From a bacterium (GTDB lineage Bacteria; UBA8248): a stretch of 64,000 nucleotides of DNA. Position 1 is the first letter of the stretch. Every line of letters starts with the position of its first letter. Under the pieces are notes generated by a model. That model saw nothing but the letters and a program-made list of their open reading frames with translations. It searched no databases and was not told where the DNA came from. Made by a program: the position numbers and the translations under genes. Where the stretch lies: contig CBDBZY010000003.1 in the NCBI GenBank assembly GCA_965213685.1, forward strand, positions 192,001 through 256,000. Direction: 5' to 3'. Shown here piece after piece: positions 10,513 to 20,223 of the stretch.

Positions 10513-11253
10513 GTGGCGACGCGCGAATCCGGCGCCGGGGCGAACCTTCTCGAGGTGCGCGGCCTGGCGGGCGGGTATGATGACGTTCAGGTGCTGTGGG
10601 GCGTCGACCTCAGCGTGCGGGAGGGGGAGATCGTCGCCATCGTGGGCAGCAACGGCGTCGGGAAATCCACCTTCCTGCGAATGCTCTCCGGCGTGCTCCC
10701 CCACCGGGCGGGCGCGATAACGCTGGCCGGCGAATCTCTCGAGGGCATGGCGCCGGAGGCCATCGTCGCCAGGGGCATCTCCCACGTGCCGGAGGGGCGC
10801 AGGCTCTTCGCCGCGATGAGCGTGGAGGAGAACCTTCTGATGGGCGCCTACGCCCGCGGCATGGCCGATTCGGAGCTGGCGGCGGATCTGGAGAGGGTGT
10901 ACGGCTTTTTCCCGCGGCTGGCGGAGCGAAAATCCCAGCTGGCGGGCAGCATGTCCGGCGGAGAGCAGCAGATGTGCGCGATCGCCCGGGGCTTGATGGC
11001 GCGCCCCCGCCTCCTGCTGATCGACGAGCTCTCCCTGGGCCTCGCTCCCCGGCTCGTGGAGGAGCTGTGCGGTTTCGTGCGGCAGATAAACGGGGAGGGC
11101 GTCGCCATCATCCTCGTGGAGCAGGACGTGCTCACCGCGTTTGAGCTCGCGGGGCGTGCCTATGTCTTCGAGACGGGCCGCGTGACGATTTCCGGGACTT
11201 CGGAGGCGCTGCTCGCGAACCCGGAGGTGAAAAGAGCCTATCTGGGCATGTAG
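10513..11253 (+). CDS. HAAT ABC ATP-binding protein, LivF-like
   Basis: GSNGVGKST, HVPEGRRLF, MSGGEQQMCAIAR, DELSLGLAP, VKRAYLG; alternative ATG at 10492. Confidence 0.9.
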   Translation: MATRESGAGANLLEVRGLAGGYDDVQVLWGVDLSVREGEIVAIVGSNGVGKSTFLRMLSGVLPHRAGAITLAGESLEGMAPEAIVARGISHVPEGRRLFAAMSVEENLLMGAYARGMADSELAADLERVYGFFPRLAERKSQLAGSMSGGEQQMCAIARGLMARPRLLLIDELSLGLAPRLVEELCGFVRQINGEGVAIILVEQDVLTAFELAGRAYVFETGRVTISGTSEALLANPEVKRAYLGM

Positions 11254-11379
11254 CCCGCCCGGGCATGCGGCCCGTTTTCCGCGCGGGATTCGCCGCCGGC
11301 TGGCCGGCGGACGTTGCAGGATGGAGGAATCGGGGACGATAAGGAGCAGCATTCAACCAGAGAGGGAGGTGAAAGGAAG

Positions 11380-12590
11380 ATGAGATATCGGGGATGGTTG
11401 TTCGTCGTCGCGGCGTTCTTGTTTTGCGCTTTCGGCGCGGCGGCGCCGGCGGGAGTGGGCGGCGCCCTAGCGGCGGAGGTCAAGTTTGGCGCCGCCTTGC
11501 CGCTCACCGGTCCGCTCGCCACGGAGGGGAAGAAGCAGCAGGCCGGCTATGAAATCTGGCGCGAGCGCGTGAACAAGGCGGGCGGCATCAACGTGGGCGG
11601 CAAGAAGATGAAGGTCCAGATCGTCTATTACGACTATGAGAGCAAGACGCCGACGGCCACCAAGCTCGCCGAGCGGCTCATCACCAAGGAGAAGGTGGAC
11701 CTGCTCCTTGGCCCGTTCGGCAGCGGGGCGACCAAGTCCGTCGCCGCGATCACGGAGCGCTACCAGGTGCCCCTGATCGCGCCCGTGGCGAGCTCCGAGC
11801 CGATATTCGACCAGGGCTACAAGTATCTGTTCGGGCTTCTGGCGCCGAACGCTTATTTGCCGAACAACTTTTTCACGCTCCTCAAGGCGCAGAAGCCCAT
11901 GCCCCGGACCATGGCGTTCGTGACGCGCAACGATTTCTTCCCCCGCGCCATCACGAGGATGCTCCGCAAGGCGGCGAAAAAGCACGGCTTCTCGGACGTC
12001 TACTACGCGGAGTTTCCGAAGGACTCGAAGGACATGTCCACCTGGCTCACGGTCGTGAAGGGGCAAAAACCCCGACGTGCTCATGGTGGCCGGTTATCTC
12101 CCGGACACCCTGCTCGCCACGAAGCAGGCGAACGAGCTGGGCGTGAAGCCCAGAATCCTGTTCACCATGGTGGGCCCGGTCTACGCCCAGTTCACGGAAT
12201 CGCTCGGCGGTGCGGCGAACAACATCCTGACCGCCGCCTGGTGGGGGCGAGGCGCTCGACTACAAGGGCGGGTTCATCGGCACGGCGCGGGATTTCGGGA
12301 AAATCTGGCGCGGCAAGTTCAACCAGGAGCCGGACTACGTCGCCGCCGCGTCGACCGCCGCGGGCATCGTCGCCCAGAAGGCGATCGAGGCGGCCGGCAC
12401 GCTCGACAAGAAGAAGGTCCGCGCGGCGATAGCGCAGAGCGACCTGCAAACCTTCTTTGGCCCCGTGAAATTCGACAAGCGCGGCATGAACGCGGCGAGC
12501 GCCATCGTCTTGTTCCAGGTGCAGGACGGCAAGCGCCGGACGGTGGGACCCAAGAGCGTGGCGAACGCGAAATTCCGGTATCCCAGGTAG
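11380..12590 (+). CDS. HAAT ABC substrate-binding protein, frameshifts near 12070 and 12248
   Basis: Signal peptide, GAALPLTGPLA, NKAGGINVGG, YDYES, LLGPFGSG; C-terminal TFFGPVKFD..FQVQDG..FRYPR*. Confidence 0.88.
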
Positions 12591-12677
12591 CGCGCGGGAA
12601 GCGTTCCAGGTCGGGTTCGGGGAGCGCCGCGCGGGGCGTGCGCGGCGGCCTCCCGGGCCCGGGGAGGGGGGTGTTGT

Positions 12678-13482
12678 ATGCCGACGATTCGTCAGTTGCC
12701 CGATGATGCGGTGCCCGAGGCTGTGCGCGCGCTCGTCGAGCGCATCAAGGCGCGCGAGAAGCGCGTGTTCGGGATGGATGGGCTCTCGAACGTCTGGGCG
12801 CGCCATGGCCCGCCACCCCGGATACATGCAGGCGAACTGGGAGCGCTCGCGGGCCACGATGCAGCGCGGGGACGTGCCTCCCCTCGTGAAGGAGATGGTC
12901 GCCTCGGCGGTTTCGGTCGTCAATGCGTGCGGATACTGAATCGATTCCCACATCGCCGCGGTCATGCGGATGGGAATCGACGAGGCGGGGGTTACGGAGC
13001 TGATCGGGTTGACGGATCACGTGTCGGGGATGAACAAGGTCGCCTTCGGCCTCCTTCTGGACGAGGAGGACGGGCTCGCACCGCCCCTCCTGCCGGAGCC
13101 CGCCGATGCGGAGATCGACCCGGCCGTTCGGGAGACGATGGGCGAGGTACTGGAGGTGGAGTCGGCGCGCCTCGGCGGGGGCGGCGTTCCGCGCTATTGG
13201 CGCTGCCTCGCCCGAAACCGGCATTATTTCGAGTCGACGTGGAAAAAGCACAGGCTGATGCTCGACGGCGGCGTCCTCGAGAGAGGGGCCAAGGCGGCGG
13301 TGGGGCTGGGCGTGAGCGCCACGAACGGGTCAAGATATTGCATTCGCTACTTTCACGCCGCTCTGGTGCGCATGGGGTGGGACCCGGGGCGGGTGCTGGA
13401 GATTTTCGGGGTGGTGGACCACTACAACAGCTTCAACGTCCTGGCCACGGGGATGCAGATAGAATCTGACATCAGGCCGTGA
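12678..13482 (+). CDS. Tandem-domain AhpD/carboxymuconolactone decarboxylase-like selenoprotein (CxxU); one homopolymer frameshift near 12797
   Basis: KEMVASAVSVVNAC-G-Y-[TGA 12937-12939]-IDSH reads in frame into the 12964-13482 ORF; second domain has SATNGSRYC; hairpin directly 3' of the TGA. Confidence 0.82.
12941..12980 (+). promoter_or_regulatory. Bacterial SECIS element
   Basis: TCGATTCC/GGAATCGA lower stem, CAT/ATG, CCGC/GCGG upper stem, apical loop GGTCAT starting with G 20 nt after the UGA. Confidence 0.78.
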
Positions 13483-13560
13483 TTTTCGGGGCGCGCAAAA
13501 GGAGCGCCAGGGAGGCCCGACAGCCGTCTCGGGCTGCATGGCGAGGGAAGGGACTGCGGC

Positions 13561-14418
13561 ATGGAATTGTTGCGCGCGAGGTCGATGGATGAGGCGTTGG
13601 AGGCGGCGCGGCGCGGCGCCGCTTTCGTGGCGGGCGGCACGAACCTGGTGCCCGACGTGCTCTTCGGGCGCAAGAAGATAGCCCGCGCGGTGGACATCAG
13701 CCGTCTGGACGCGCTTCGCTTCATCGAGGAGGCCGACGGGAAAATCAGAATCGGGGCGCTGGCGACGGTGTCGGATTTGCTGGCCTCGGAGCGGATACGC
13801 GCCGCCGCACCCCCCTTGTATGAGAGCGCCCTCGAGTTTGCGGGTCCCCTGGTGAGAAACCGCGCGAGCGTGGCCGGCAACCTGATGGACGCCTCGCCCG
13901 CCGCCGATCTGGCGCCGCCCCTGCTGGTGCAGGACGGCGTCGCCGAACTGGCCTCGGCCGAGGGGCGGCGCTCCCTGCCGCTGGCGGAATTGTTCCTGGA
14001 CTACCGGAAAACGGCCGTCCGGCCCGGCGAACTCATGACGGCCGTCGTCATTCGGCCGCTGGGTCCGGACGACCGCTGCGCCTACCACAAGCTCCAGCTC
14101 AGGCGGGCGATGGCGATATCCCTCCTGAGCGTGGCCGTCTGCCTTCGGATGCGGGAGGACGTTTGCGCGGAGGCCGCCATTGGCCTCGGGGCGGTGGCGG
14201 CGACCCCCTATCGCGCGCGCACCGCCGAGGCGCGGCTGCGCGGCGGGAAAATCGGGGAGGCGGAGGTGGAGGCCGCGGCGGCGGCGGCGGAGGAGGGCGC
14301 CCGGCCGATTGACGACGTGCGGGCGAGCGCCGCCTACCGGAGGAAAATGTGCGGCGTGCTGGTTCGCCGCCTGCTGCGCAAGGCGCTGGGGATGTCGGAG
14401 GTCGCGGCCGCGCGATGA
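13561..14418 (+). CDS. Xanthine dehydrogenase family FAD-binding subunit (CoxM-like)
   Basis: VAGGTNL, IRIGALAT, RNRASVAGNL..ASPAAD, PIDDVRASAAYR. Confidence 0.93.
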   Translation: MELLRARSMDEALEAARRGAAFVAGGTNLVPDVLFGRKKIARAVDISRLDALRFIEEADGKIRIGALATVSDLLASERIRAAAPPLYESALEFAGPLVRNRASVAGNLMDASPAADLAPPLLVQDGVAELASAEGRRSLPLAELFLDYRKTAVRPGELMTAVVIRPLGPDDRCAYHKLQLRRAMAISLLSVAVCLRMREDVCAEAAIGLGAVAATPYRARTAEARLRGGKIGEAEVEAAAAAAEEGARPIDDVRASAAYRRKMCGVLVRRLLRKALGMSEVAAAR

Positions 14419-14448
14419 GAATTCTGCGTTTGGGGCGGGGGGAGGCCG

Positions 14449-14931
14449 ATGGATACGCATGAGATAGCGTTGCGCGTGAACGGAAAGAGCGAAACCCTCA
14501 CGGTGCGGGGCGAGGAGACGCTCCTGCGCGCCCTCAGGCGCATCGGCTATCTGGAGGTGAAGCTCAGCTGCGAGGGTGGCGACTGCGGGGCGTGCGCCAT
14601 TTTGCTGGACGGCGTGGCGGTGAACGCCTGCCTCCTGTTCGCCGCGCAGGCGGATGGCGCCGACGTCCTCACCGTGCGCGGCATCGGCACGGAGGAGGAC
14701 CTGCACCCGATTCAGGAGCAAATCATCGAGAAAGGAGGCGTGCAGTGCGGCTTCTGCACGCCGGGGATCGTGGTGGCGGCCAAGGCGCTCTTGGACGAGA
14801 ACCCGGCGCCCGGCCACGAGGACATACGGCGCGGCCTGGCGGGCAACCTTTGCCGCTGCACCGGATACAAGAAGATTTTCGAGGCGGTGGCCGCCGCCGC
14901 CCGGCAGATGGGCGGAGGAGGGGACGCATGA
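14449..14931 (+). CDS. Xanthine dehydrogenase family (2Fe-2S) subunit (CoxS-like)
   Basis: CEGGDCGAC, NACL, QCGFCTPG, GNLCRCTGY. Confidence 0.95.
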   Translation: MDTHEIALRVNGKSETLTVRGEETLLRALRRIGYLEVKLSCEGGDCGACAILLDGVAVNACLLFAAQADGADVLTVRGIGTEEDLHPIQEQIIEKGGVQCGFCTPGIVVAAKALLDENPAPGHEDIRRGLAGNLCRCTGYKKIFEAVAAAARQMGGGGDA

Positions 14932-17198
14932 GCGCGCGCGTCGTTGGCCGGCCGAGTCCCATCATAGACGCGGCGGAGAAGGTGTCCGGCGCCACGACCT
15001 TCATCAATGATCTGGACCTTCCGGGCGCGCTGACCGGCATGGCACTGCGCAGCCCCCATCCCCACGCGCGGATATGCCGCATCGACACCTCCCGGGCGGA
15101 TCGGCTGCCGGGTCTCGCCGTCGTTCTTTCGAGGAACAACACGCCGAACGTCCCCTTCGGCATCAATCACAGGGACGAGACCGCGTTTTGCCGGGAGAAG
15201 GCGCGCTACGCGGGGGATGAGATAGCCGCCGTGGCGGCCGTGGACGAGGAGACGGCGCGCGAGGCGCTCTCGCTCATTCGCGTGGAGTATGAGGTTTTGC
15301 CCACGGTCGCGGACCCGCTCGAGGCGCAGGCGGCGGACGCGCCTCTCGTCCACGATGCGGTCGCCGGGAACGTCGCCAACGAGTTTCATATCCGGCGCGG
15401 CGGGATAGACGAGGCGTTTCGTGCGGCGGACGCCAGGTTCTCGGATGAGTTTGACACCCATCTGGCCCACCAGGCCTATATCGAGCCCACCGGTTGCGTC
15501 GCGCAGTGGCACCCGGACGGGAGAATGTCCGTCTGGGGCTGTCTGCAGTCGGCGTTCCTGATTCGCACGTTCATGCTTGCGCCCGTCATGGGCATGTCCG
15601 CCGACGATTTTCGCGTCATCCAGACCAAGCCGGGCGGCGCCTTCGGGGGAAAGCTCGACGTCAAGGCGGCTCTCATGGCGGCGATGCTGAGCCGGGCGGC
15701 GGAGCGGCCGGTAAAATTCATCATGAGCCTTGAAGAGGATTTGACCGCCATGCGTCCCCGGATGCCGGTGCGCATATCCCTGGAATCCGCCTGGATGCGC
15801 GATGGCGCCCTCGCGGGCAAGCGGGTCCGGATCGTGGCGGAAAACGGCGCTTACAGCTCCCTCTCCCCGGCCATCATGAGCTCCATCGCACTGCGGACGG
15901 ACAACCTCTACAAAACCCCCGCCGCCGAGATTCAGGGAAAGCTCGTCTACACGAACGTCATTCCCTCGGGCCAGATGCGGGGGTTCGGAAACGTGCAGGC
16001 GACCTACGCCTGGGAGAGCCACCTGGACAACGTGGCCGACGGCCTCGGGATGGACCCGGCCGATCTGCGTTTGAAGAATTACACCGAAAAGGGCGACGTC
16101 TCGCTCCACGGCTGGAGGATAGCGAGTTGTGCCGTGGCCGACGCCACGCGATACGTGGTGAAGGAGATCGACTGGAAGGCCAGGCGCGCCCGAGGGGGAA
16201 GGGGCCGCGGCGTGGGGCTGGCCAGCTGCATTCACGTGTCGGGGAACAAGGGTTTTTCAGTCGAGCTCGGGCCGGACGGCACCGACCCCTCGAGCGGCGT
16301 CGTCCGGGTGGACGCGAAAGGCGAGGTCGAGATTTGGTCGGGCGAGTCGGACCTGGGCCAGGGCGCCTCGAGCGTGATGGCCCACATCGCCTCGGAGGTG
16401 ATGGGCATTCCGGTCAGCCGGTTCCGGGTGCCGCCCACGGATACGGACTACATGCCGTTTGGCATGGGAGCGTTTGCGAGCCGGATCACCTTGATCGGGG
16501 GCAACGCCGTGAAGCGCGCCGCGGAGGATGCGCGCAAGAACCTGCTGGCGGCGGCGGCGGAGCGCATGGAAATTCCCGCGGAGGAACTCGACATTCTGGA
16601 TGGAGAAGTCCGCGCCAGGGCCCTCCCCGGGCGGAAGGTGCCGGTGAGCGAGGTCGTCCGGGGGGCGGGCGGCCTGATCGAGGGCCGGGGAAAATGGCTG
16701 GCCGGAGGAGACGTTCTCGACAAGGAGAAATACGGGAACCCCTCGACCACCTACTCGTTCAGCACCCATGCGGCGGAGGTGGAGGTGGACATGGAGACGG
16801 GGGTCGTCAACGTCGTGCGGATTTGCTGTGGCCACGACCCGGGCCGGGTGATTCACAGGCTGGGCGCCGAGGGGCAGGTCGAGGGCGGCGCGGTGCAGGG
16901 GATGAGCTACGCGATGATGGAGGCCCTCGCCCCGCAGGAGGGGCACTTGCGGGGGAGGAACTTTCACGACTATCTCATCGCCACCTCGATGGATGCGCCG
17001 CCGATCGCGCATGATTTTTTTGAGTCGATGGACCCCTACGGCCCCTATGGCGCCAAGGGGCTGGCCGAGGTGGCGATCAACCCGATCGCAGCGGCCATTT
17101 GCAACGCGATCTATCACGCGACGGGCGGCGCGCGAATCCGCAGTCTGCCCATCACCCCCGAGCGGGTGCTGGAGGCCATCGAGGAGGCGAGGCGGTGA
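14928..17198 (+). CDS. Xanthine dehydrogenase family molybdopterin-binding subunit
   Basis: LRSPHPHARI, AYIEP, GGAFGGK, MRGFG, DLGQG, AEVEVDMETG, GAKGLAE; ATGA overlap with the previous gene. Confidence 0.95.
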   Translation: MSARVVGRPSPIIDAAEKVSGATTFINDLDLPGALTGMALRSPHPHARICRIDTSRADRLPGLAVVLSRNNTPNVPFGINHRDETAFCREKARYAGDEIAAVAAVDEETAREALSLIRVEYEVLPTVADPLEAQAADAPLVHDAVAGNVANEFHIRRGGIDEAFRAADARFSDEFDTHLAHQAYIEPTGCVAQWHPDGRMSVWGCLQSAFLIRTFMLAPVMGMSADDFRVIQTKPGGAFGGKLDVKAALMAAMLSRAAERPVKFIMSLEEDLTAMRPRMPVRISLESAWMRDGALAGKRVRIVAENGAYSSLSPAIMSSIALRTDNLYKTPAAEIQGKLVYTNVIPSGQMRGFGNVQATYAWESHLDNVADGLGMDPADLRLKNYTEKGDVSLHGWRIASCAVADATRYVVKEIDWKARRARGGRGRGVGLASCIHVSGNKGFSVELGPDGTDPSSGVVRVDAKGEVEIWSGESDLGQGASSVMAHIASEVMGIPVSRFRVPPTDTDYMPFGMGAFASRITLIGGNAVKRAAEDARKNLLAAAAERMEIPAEELDILDGEVRARALPGRKVPVSEVVRGAGGLIEGRGKWLAGGDVLDKEKYGNPSTTYSFSTHAAEVEVDMETGVVNVVRICCGHDPGRVIHRLGAEGQVEGGAVQGMSYAMMEALAPQEGHLRGRNFHDYLIATSMDAPPIAHDFFESMDPYGPYGAKGLAEVAINPIAAAICNAIYHATGGARIRSLPITPERVLEAIEEARR

Positions 17199-17253
17199 GG
17201 GGCGCCCGGTCGCCGGCGTTCTCCTGCACGCCGGCGGAGTCTTGAGTCCCTCC

Positions 17254-18900
17254 ATGCGGAATCTCTCCTGCGACGTCCTGGTTCTGGGAGGCGGTCCCGC
17301 CGCCATGACGGCGCTCCTCGCCGCGATGGAGAGCGGGGCGGACGCGCTTTTGGTCTGCAAGCAATCCCCGGGGAATTCCGGCAACATCGTCCTGGCCCGC
17401 GCCGGGCATTCCGCCAATTTCGATCCCTCCGACAGCGCGGCTCTTTTCTTGGAAGACACCTTGACGGGCGGTGCGCATCTCAATCACCCGGAGGTCGCCC
17501 GCGCCATGTGCGCGGATTCCGCCGCGCGCATTCGCGACCTCTACGCCTGGGGGGTTCCCTTCATCACGCGCGCGGATGGCGCGTTCGACCTCCATCCCCA
17601 GGGCGGGCACAGAAAGGACCGCGGAATTTACCCGATCAGGAACTGGGGCGTGGAGGTGGCGAGGCCGTTGCGCAGGAAGCTGGACGCGGAGGCGGCCCGC
17701 ATTCTGGAAAACGTCATGACCGTGGATTTCATCGTGGACGATGGGGATTCTTGCGCGGGGGTGGTCGGCTTTCATACGAGGAGCGCAGAGGCGTACGCCA
17801 TACGCGCCCGCGCCACCGTGCTGGCCACCGGGGGTGCGGGGCAGATGTTCGCGGAGAATACGAACGCGGGCGGCATCACGGGGGATGGCTTTGGCATGGC
17901 GCTCCGGGCCGGCCTCGCGCTCTCCGACATGGAGTTCGTGCAGTTCTACCCGGCCGTCATCAAGCGGCCCGAGAGCAACATGGTGGTCGCGCCCACGCTG
18001 TTTCCGCTCGGCGCCCGGTTCCTGAATCGGGACGGGGACGACATACTGCGAGACGTGCCCGGGGGCGGCGACGCCACGCGCGACCTCATGGCCAGAGCGG
18101 TGTACCTGGAAATCATGCGGGGCGGCGGGGTGGACGGCGCCGTGCGGATGGACTTGTCCCGCATCCCGATGGAGGATTTGAGGCATTTCGCGCCCGACAA
18201 TCTCAAACTGCTGGAGCGGAGGGGCGTTTCGCCCCACGGCGACGGCATCTACGTTTCCCCGAAGGCGCATTTTTTCATGGGAGGGGTTCCCATTGACGGA
18301 AGTGGGGCCACGGGGATGCCGGGCCTGTTCGCGGCGGGCGAGGTGAGCGCGGGCGCGCACGGGGCGAACCGGCTGTCCAACAATGCGTTCACCGAGGCCT
18401 ATACGCTGGGCTGGCGCGCGGGGAAATCCGCGGCCGCGCACGCCCGGCTGGCGCGCGGTGCGGGGGTGAACCCCTCGGTGGTGGAGCGGCACGCAGACGC
18501 GCTGCGCACCCGCGCCGGAAGGCCGAATCGCGCGGCTGGCGCGCGGCGGGAAATCCAGAGGGTCTGCTGGGAGAACGCGGGCATCGCGCGCGAGGGGAAA
18601 TCGCTCGAAGAAGCGAGTAGCAGACTCGGGGAGCTGCAGCGGGATTTGACGACGTGCGGCGGAAGCGAACCCGCCCGCCTGCTGGAGGCTCTGGAGGCGG
18701 AAAACCTTTGCTTGGGCGCACGGGCGGTCGTGGAGGCGGCGCTCCGCAGAACCGAGAGCCGGGGTGCGCACTTCCGCCTGGATCATCCAGGCGCGGACGA
18801 TGGAAACTGGCGCCGGAACCTGTTCGTCAAAATGGGCGCCGGCGCGTCCTTCCTCGCACAGAAGCAGCCGGTGGGCTCCCACGTGTGGATGGAGAGGTAG
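17254..18900 (+). CDS. FAD-dependent oxidoreductase, SdhA/FrdA/NadB family
   Basis: DVLVLGGGPAA, VLATGGAG, TGDG, DMEFVQFYP, HFFMGG, GANRL, RTESRGAHFR. Confidence 0.9.
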   Translation: MRNLSCDVLVLGGGPAAMTALLAAMESGADALLVCKQSPGNSGNIVLARAGHSANFDPSDSAALFLEDTLTGGAHLNHPEVARAMCADSAARIRDLYAWGVPFITRADGAFDLHPQGGHRKDRGIYPIRNWGVEVARPLRRKLDAEAARILENVMTVDFIVDDGDSCAGVVGFHTRSAEAYAIRARATVLATGGAGQMFAENTNAGGITGDGFGMALRAGLALSDMEFVQFYPAVIKRPESNMVVAPTLFPLGARFLNRDGDDILRDVPGGGDATRDLMARAVYLEIMRGGGVDGAVRMDLSRIPMEDLRHFAPDNLKLLERRGVSPHGDGIYVSPKAHFFMGGVPIDGSGATGMPGLFAAGEVSAGAHGANRLSNNAFTEAYTLGWRAGKSAAAHARLARGAGVNPSVVERHADALRTRAGRPNRAAGARREIQRVCWENAGIAREGKSLEEASSRLGELQRDLTTCGGSEPARLLEALEAENLCLGARAVVEAALRRTESRGAHFRLDHPGADDGNWRRNLFVKMGAGASFLAQKQPVGSHVWMER

Positions 18901-19008
18901 TCGGCCCGCACCGCCGCGCTCGTCGCTTCGCACCGCAAGGGTGGGGGAGCGGGAGGCCGGCGGGGTTTTGTCCCGTTCCGGGCGCCGGATTTCGCCCGGC
19001 GGGACGGC

Positions 19009-20034
19009 CTAGACCTGATACGCCCGATGAACGGCCCGGCTCGCGCCGTTCCAGCCGGGCATCACGGCGCCTAGGGGCCCCTTTCCGCCCGCGACGAATA
19101 TGTGCAGGTCCTCCGGTTCGTTGATCGCCCGGATGAAGAAATCATCGTCTTCCCGATCCACGGGGTACGTCCACCGGCCGTTGGGCTTGTCCTCCCGCCA
19201 GGGGCCTCCCCGCTTGAGCTCGCCCACCGTGCGTCCGGCGTTTTCGCAGACGTAGGCGTGCACGTCCGCGCGGGAGAAGCCGGCCTCCGCGCACAGGCGG
19301 GCATGTTCGGGGGAGATGGCGAGCGCCACGTCCGAGCGCACCCAGATGGGCCAGGAGCCCATCGCCGCCATGTTGTCCATGTGGGGGACGAGGAGCCGTT
19401 TCGGGTCCCGGTCCACGTCGTTGAAGATGATGTGCGGGTTCTCCACCATGACGGCGGTGATGACGTCCTCGTCGGCGGAGTAGCCCCGCGAGACGGCGAG
19501 CGACTCCCAGGGGCTTTCCTCCTCGTTTTCCGCGACGCAGAACGTGAAGCGCGAGGGCTGGCTGAAGACGCTCATGGAGGCCACGCGCGCGACGCCGCCC
19601 CCCAGGTTGAGCAGCAGCAGGCGGATGGCGCGGCCGATGGTCGCGTTCGCGCGAAAGCCGGGGCCGAAGCAGCCCTGGCCGCCCGTGACGCCGATGCGCC
19701 TTGCGTAGGGGCCGTTGAGGATGAGCAAGGGGGCGACGCTGTGCATGGTGGCCTGCACGCCGCTCAGGTTCAGCGGCTCCTCCAGCAGGAGCTCCAGGCC
19801 GGCGATGACGACGGGCAGGTATTCCGGCTTGCACCCCGCCATGACGGCGTGGGCGGCGATGTTGCGCACGGTGGCCACCTCTCCCAGGGGAGGAACGGGG
19901 CCTATCGCTTCGTGGGCGGATTTCCGCGTCCCCGCCAGCATGCGGTCGATGCGCTCCCCGGTGGGCGTGACCACGGGGAGGCCGTCGGACCAGGGCTTTT
20001 CGAGAAAATACTCGAATTCATCCACTTCGTTCAT
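19009..20034 (-). CDS. Conserved hypothetical protein (WSDGLPVVxPT family), paralog 1
   Basis: WSDGLPVVTPT, AVMAGCKPEYLPVV, NGP, CFGPGFRANATIGRA, ENEEESPW; strong similarity to 36064-37101. Confidence 0.85.
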   Translation of the reverse strand: MNEVDEFEYFLEKPWSDGLPVVTPTGERIDRMLAGTRKSAHEAIGPVPPLGEVATVRNIAAHAVMAGCKPEYLPVVIAGLELLLEEPLNLSGVQATMHSVAPLLILNGPYARRIGVTGGQGCFGPGFRANATIGRAIRLLLLNLGGGVARVASMSVFSQPSRFTFCVAENEEESPWESLAVSRGYSADEDVITAVMVENPHIIFNDVDRDPKRLLVPHMDNMAAMGSWPIWVRSDVALAISPEHARLCAEAGFSRADVHAYVCENAGRTVGELKRGGPWREDKPNGRWTYPVDREDDDFFIRAINEPEDLHIFVAGGKGPLGAVMPGWNGASRAVHRAYQV

Positions 20035-20223
20035 GGAGGCGGCACTCCCTGGCGGGTCCTCGATTTTGTTTGCGCCCGCGCGTCTTCGCCCTCTCCCGGC
20101 AGTTCGCCGCAAGGGACGCCTCGCACCAGCCGCCGCCGACGCGGCGACCACGCGGCACCCTCCGCGCGCCATCGTATCACGCCTCCAATCTCCGCCGCCA
20201 CGAGTTGCGCGCGCGGCCGGGCG

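Noticed and set aside
9691-11253. 520-aa fused double ABC ATPase in the ORF track
   Set aside because: One extra G near 10410 explains it; removing it gives a normal LivG end (..VIKAYLGE..*) and a separate LivF
1690-12800. Programmed frameshifting or mass pseudogenisation of the catabolic genes
   Set aside because: Breaks are single-base indels mostly at short G/C/A runs, with otherwise intact motifs and no nonsense codons; typical long-read consensus error, also seen at 54.8-57.5 kb
13561-17198. Aerobic CO dehydrogenase (coxMSL)
   Set aside because: The large subunit has GGAFGGK, not the AYxCSFR active-site loop of form I CoxL
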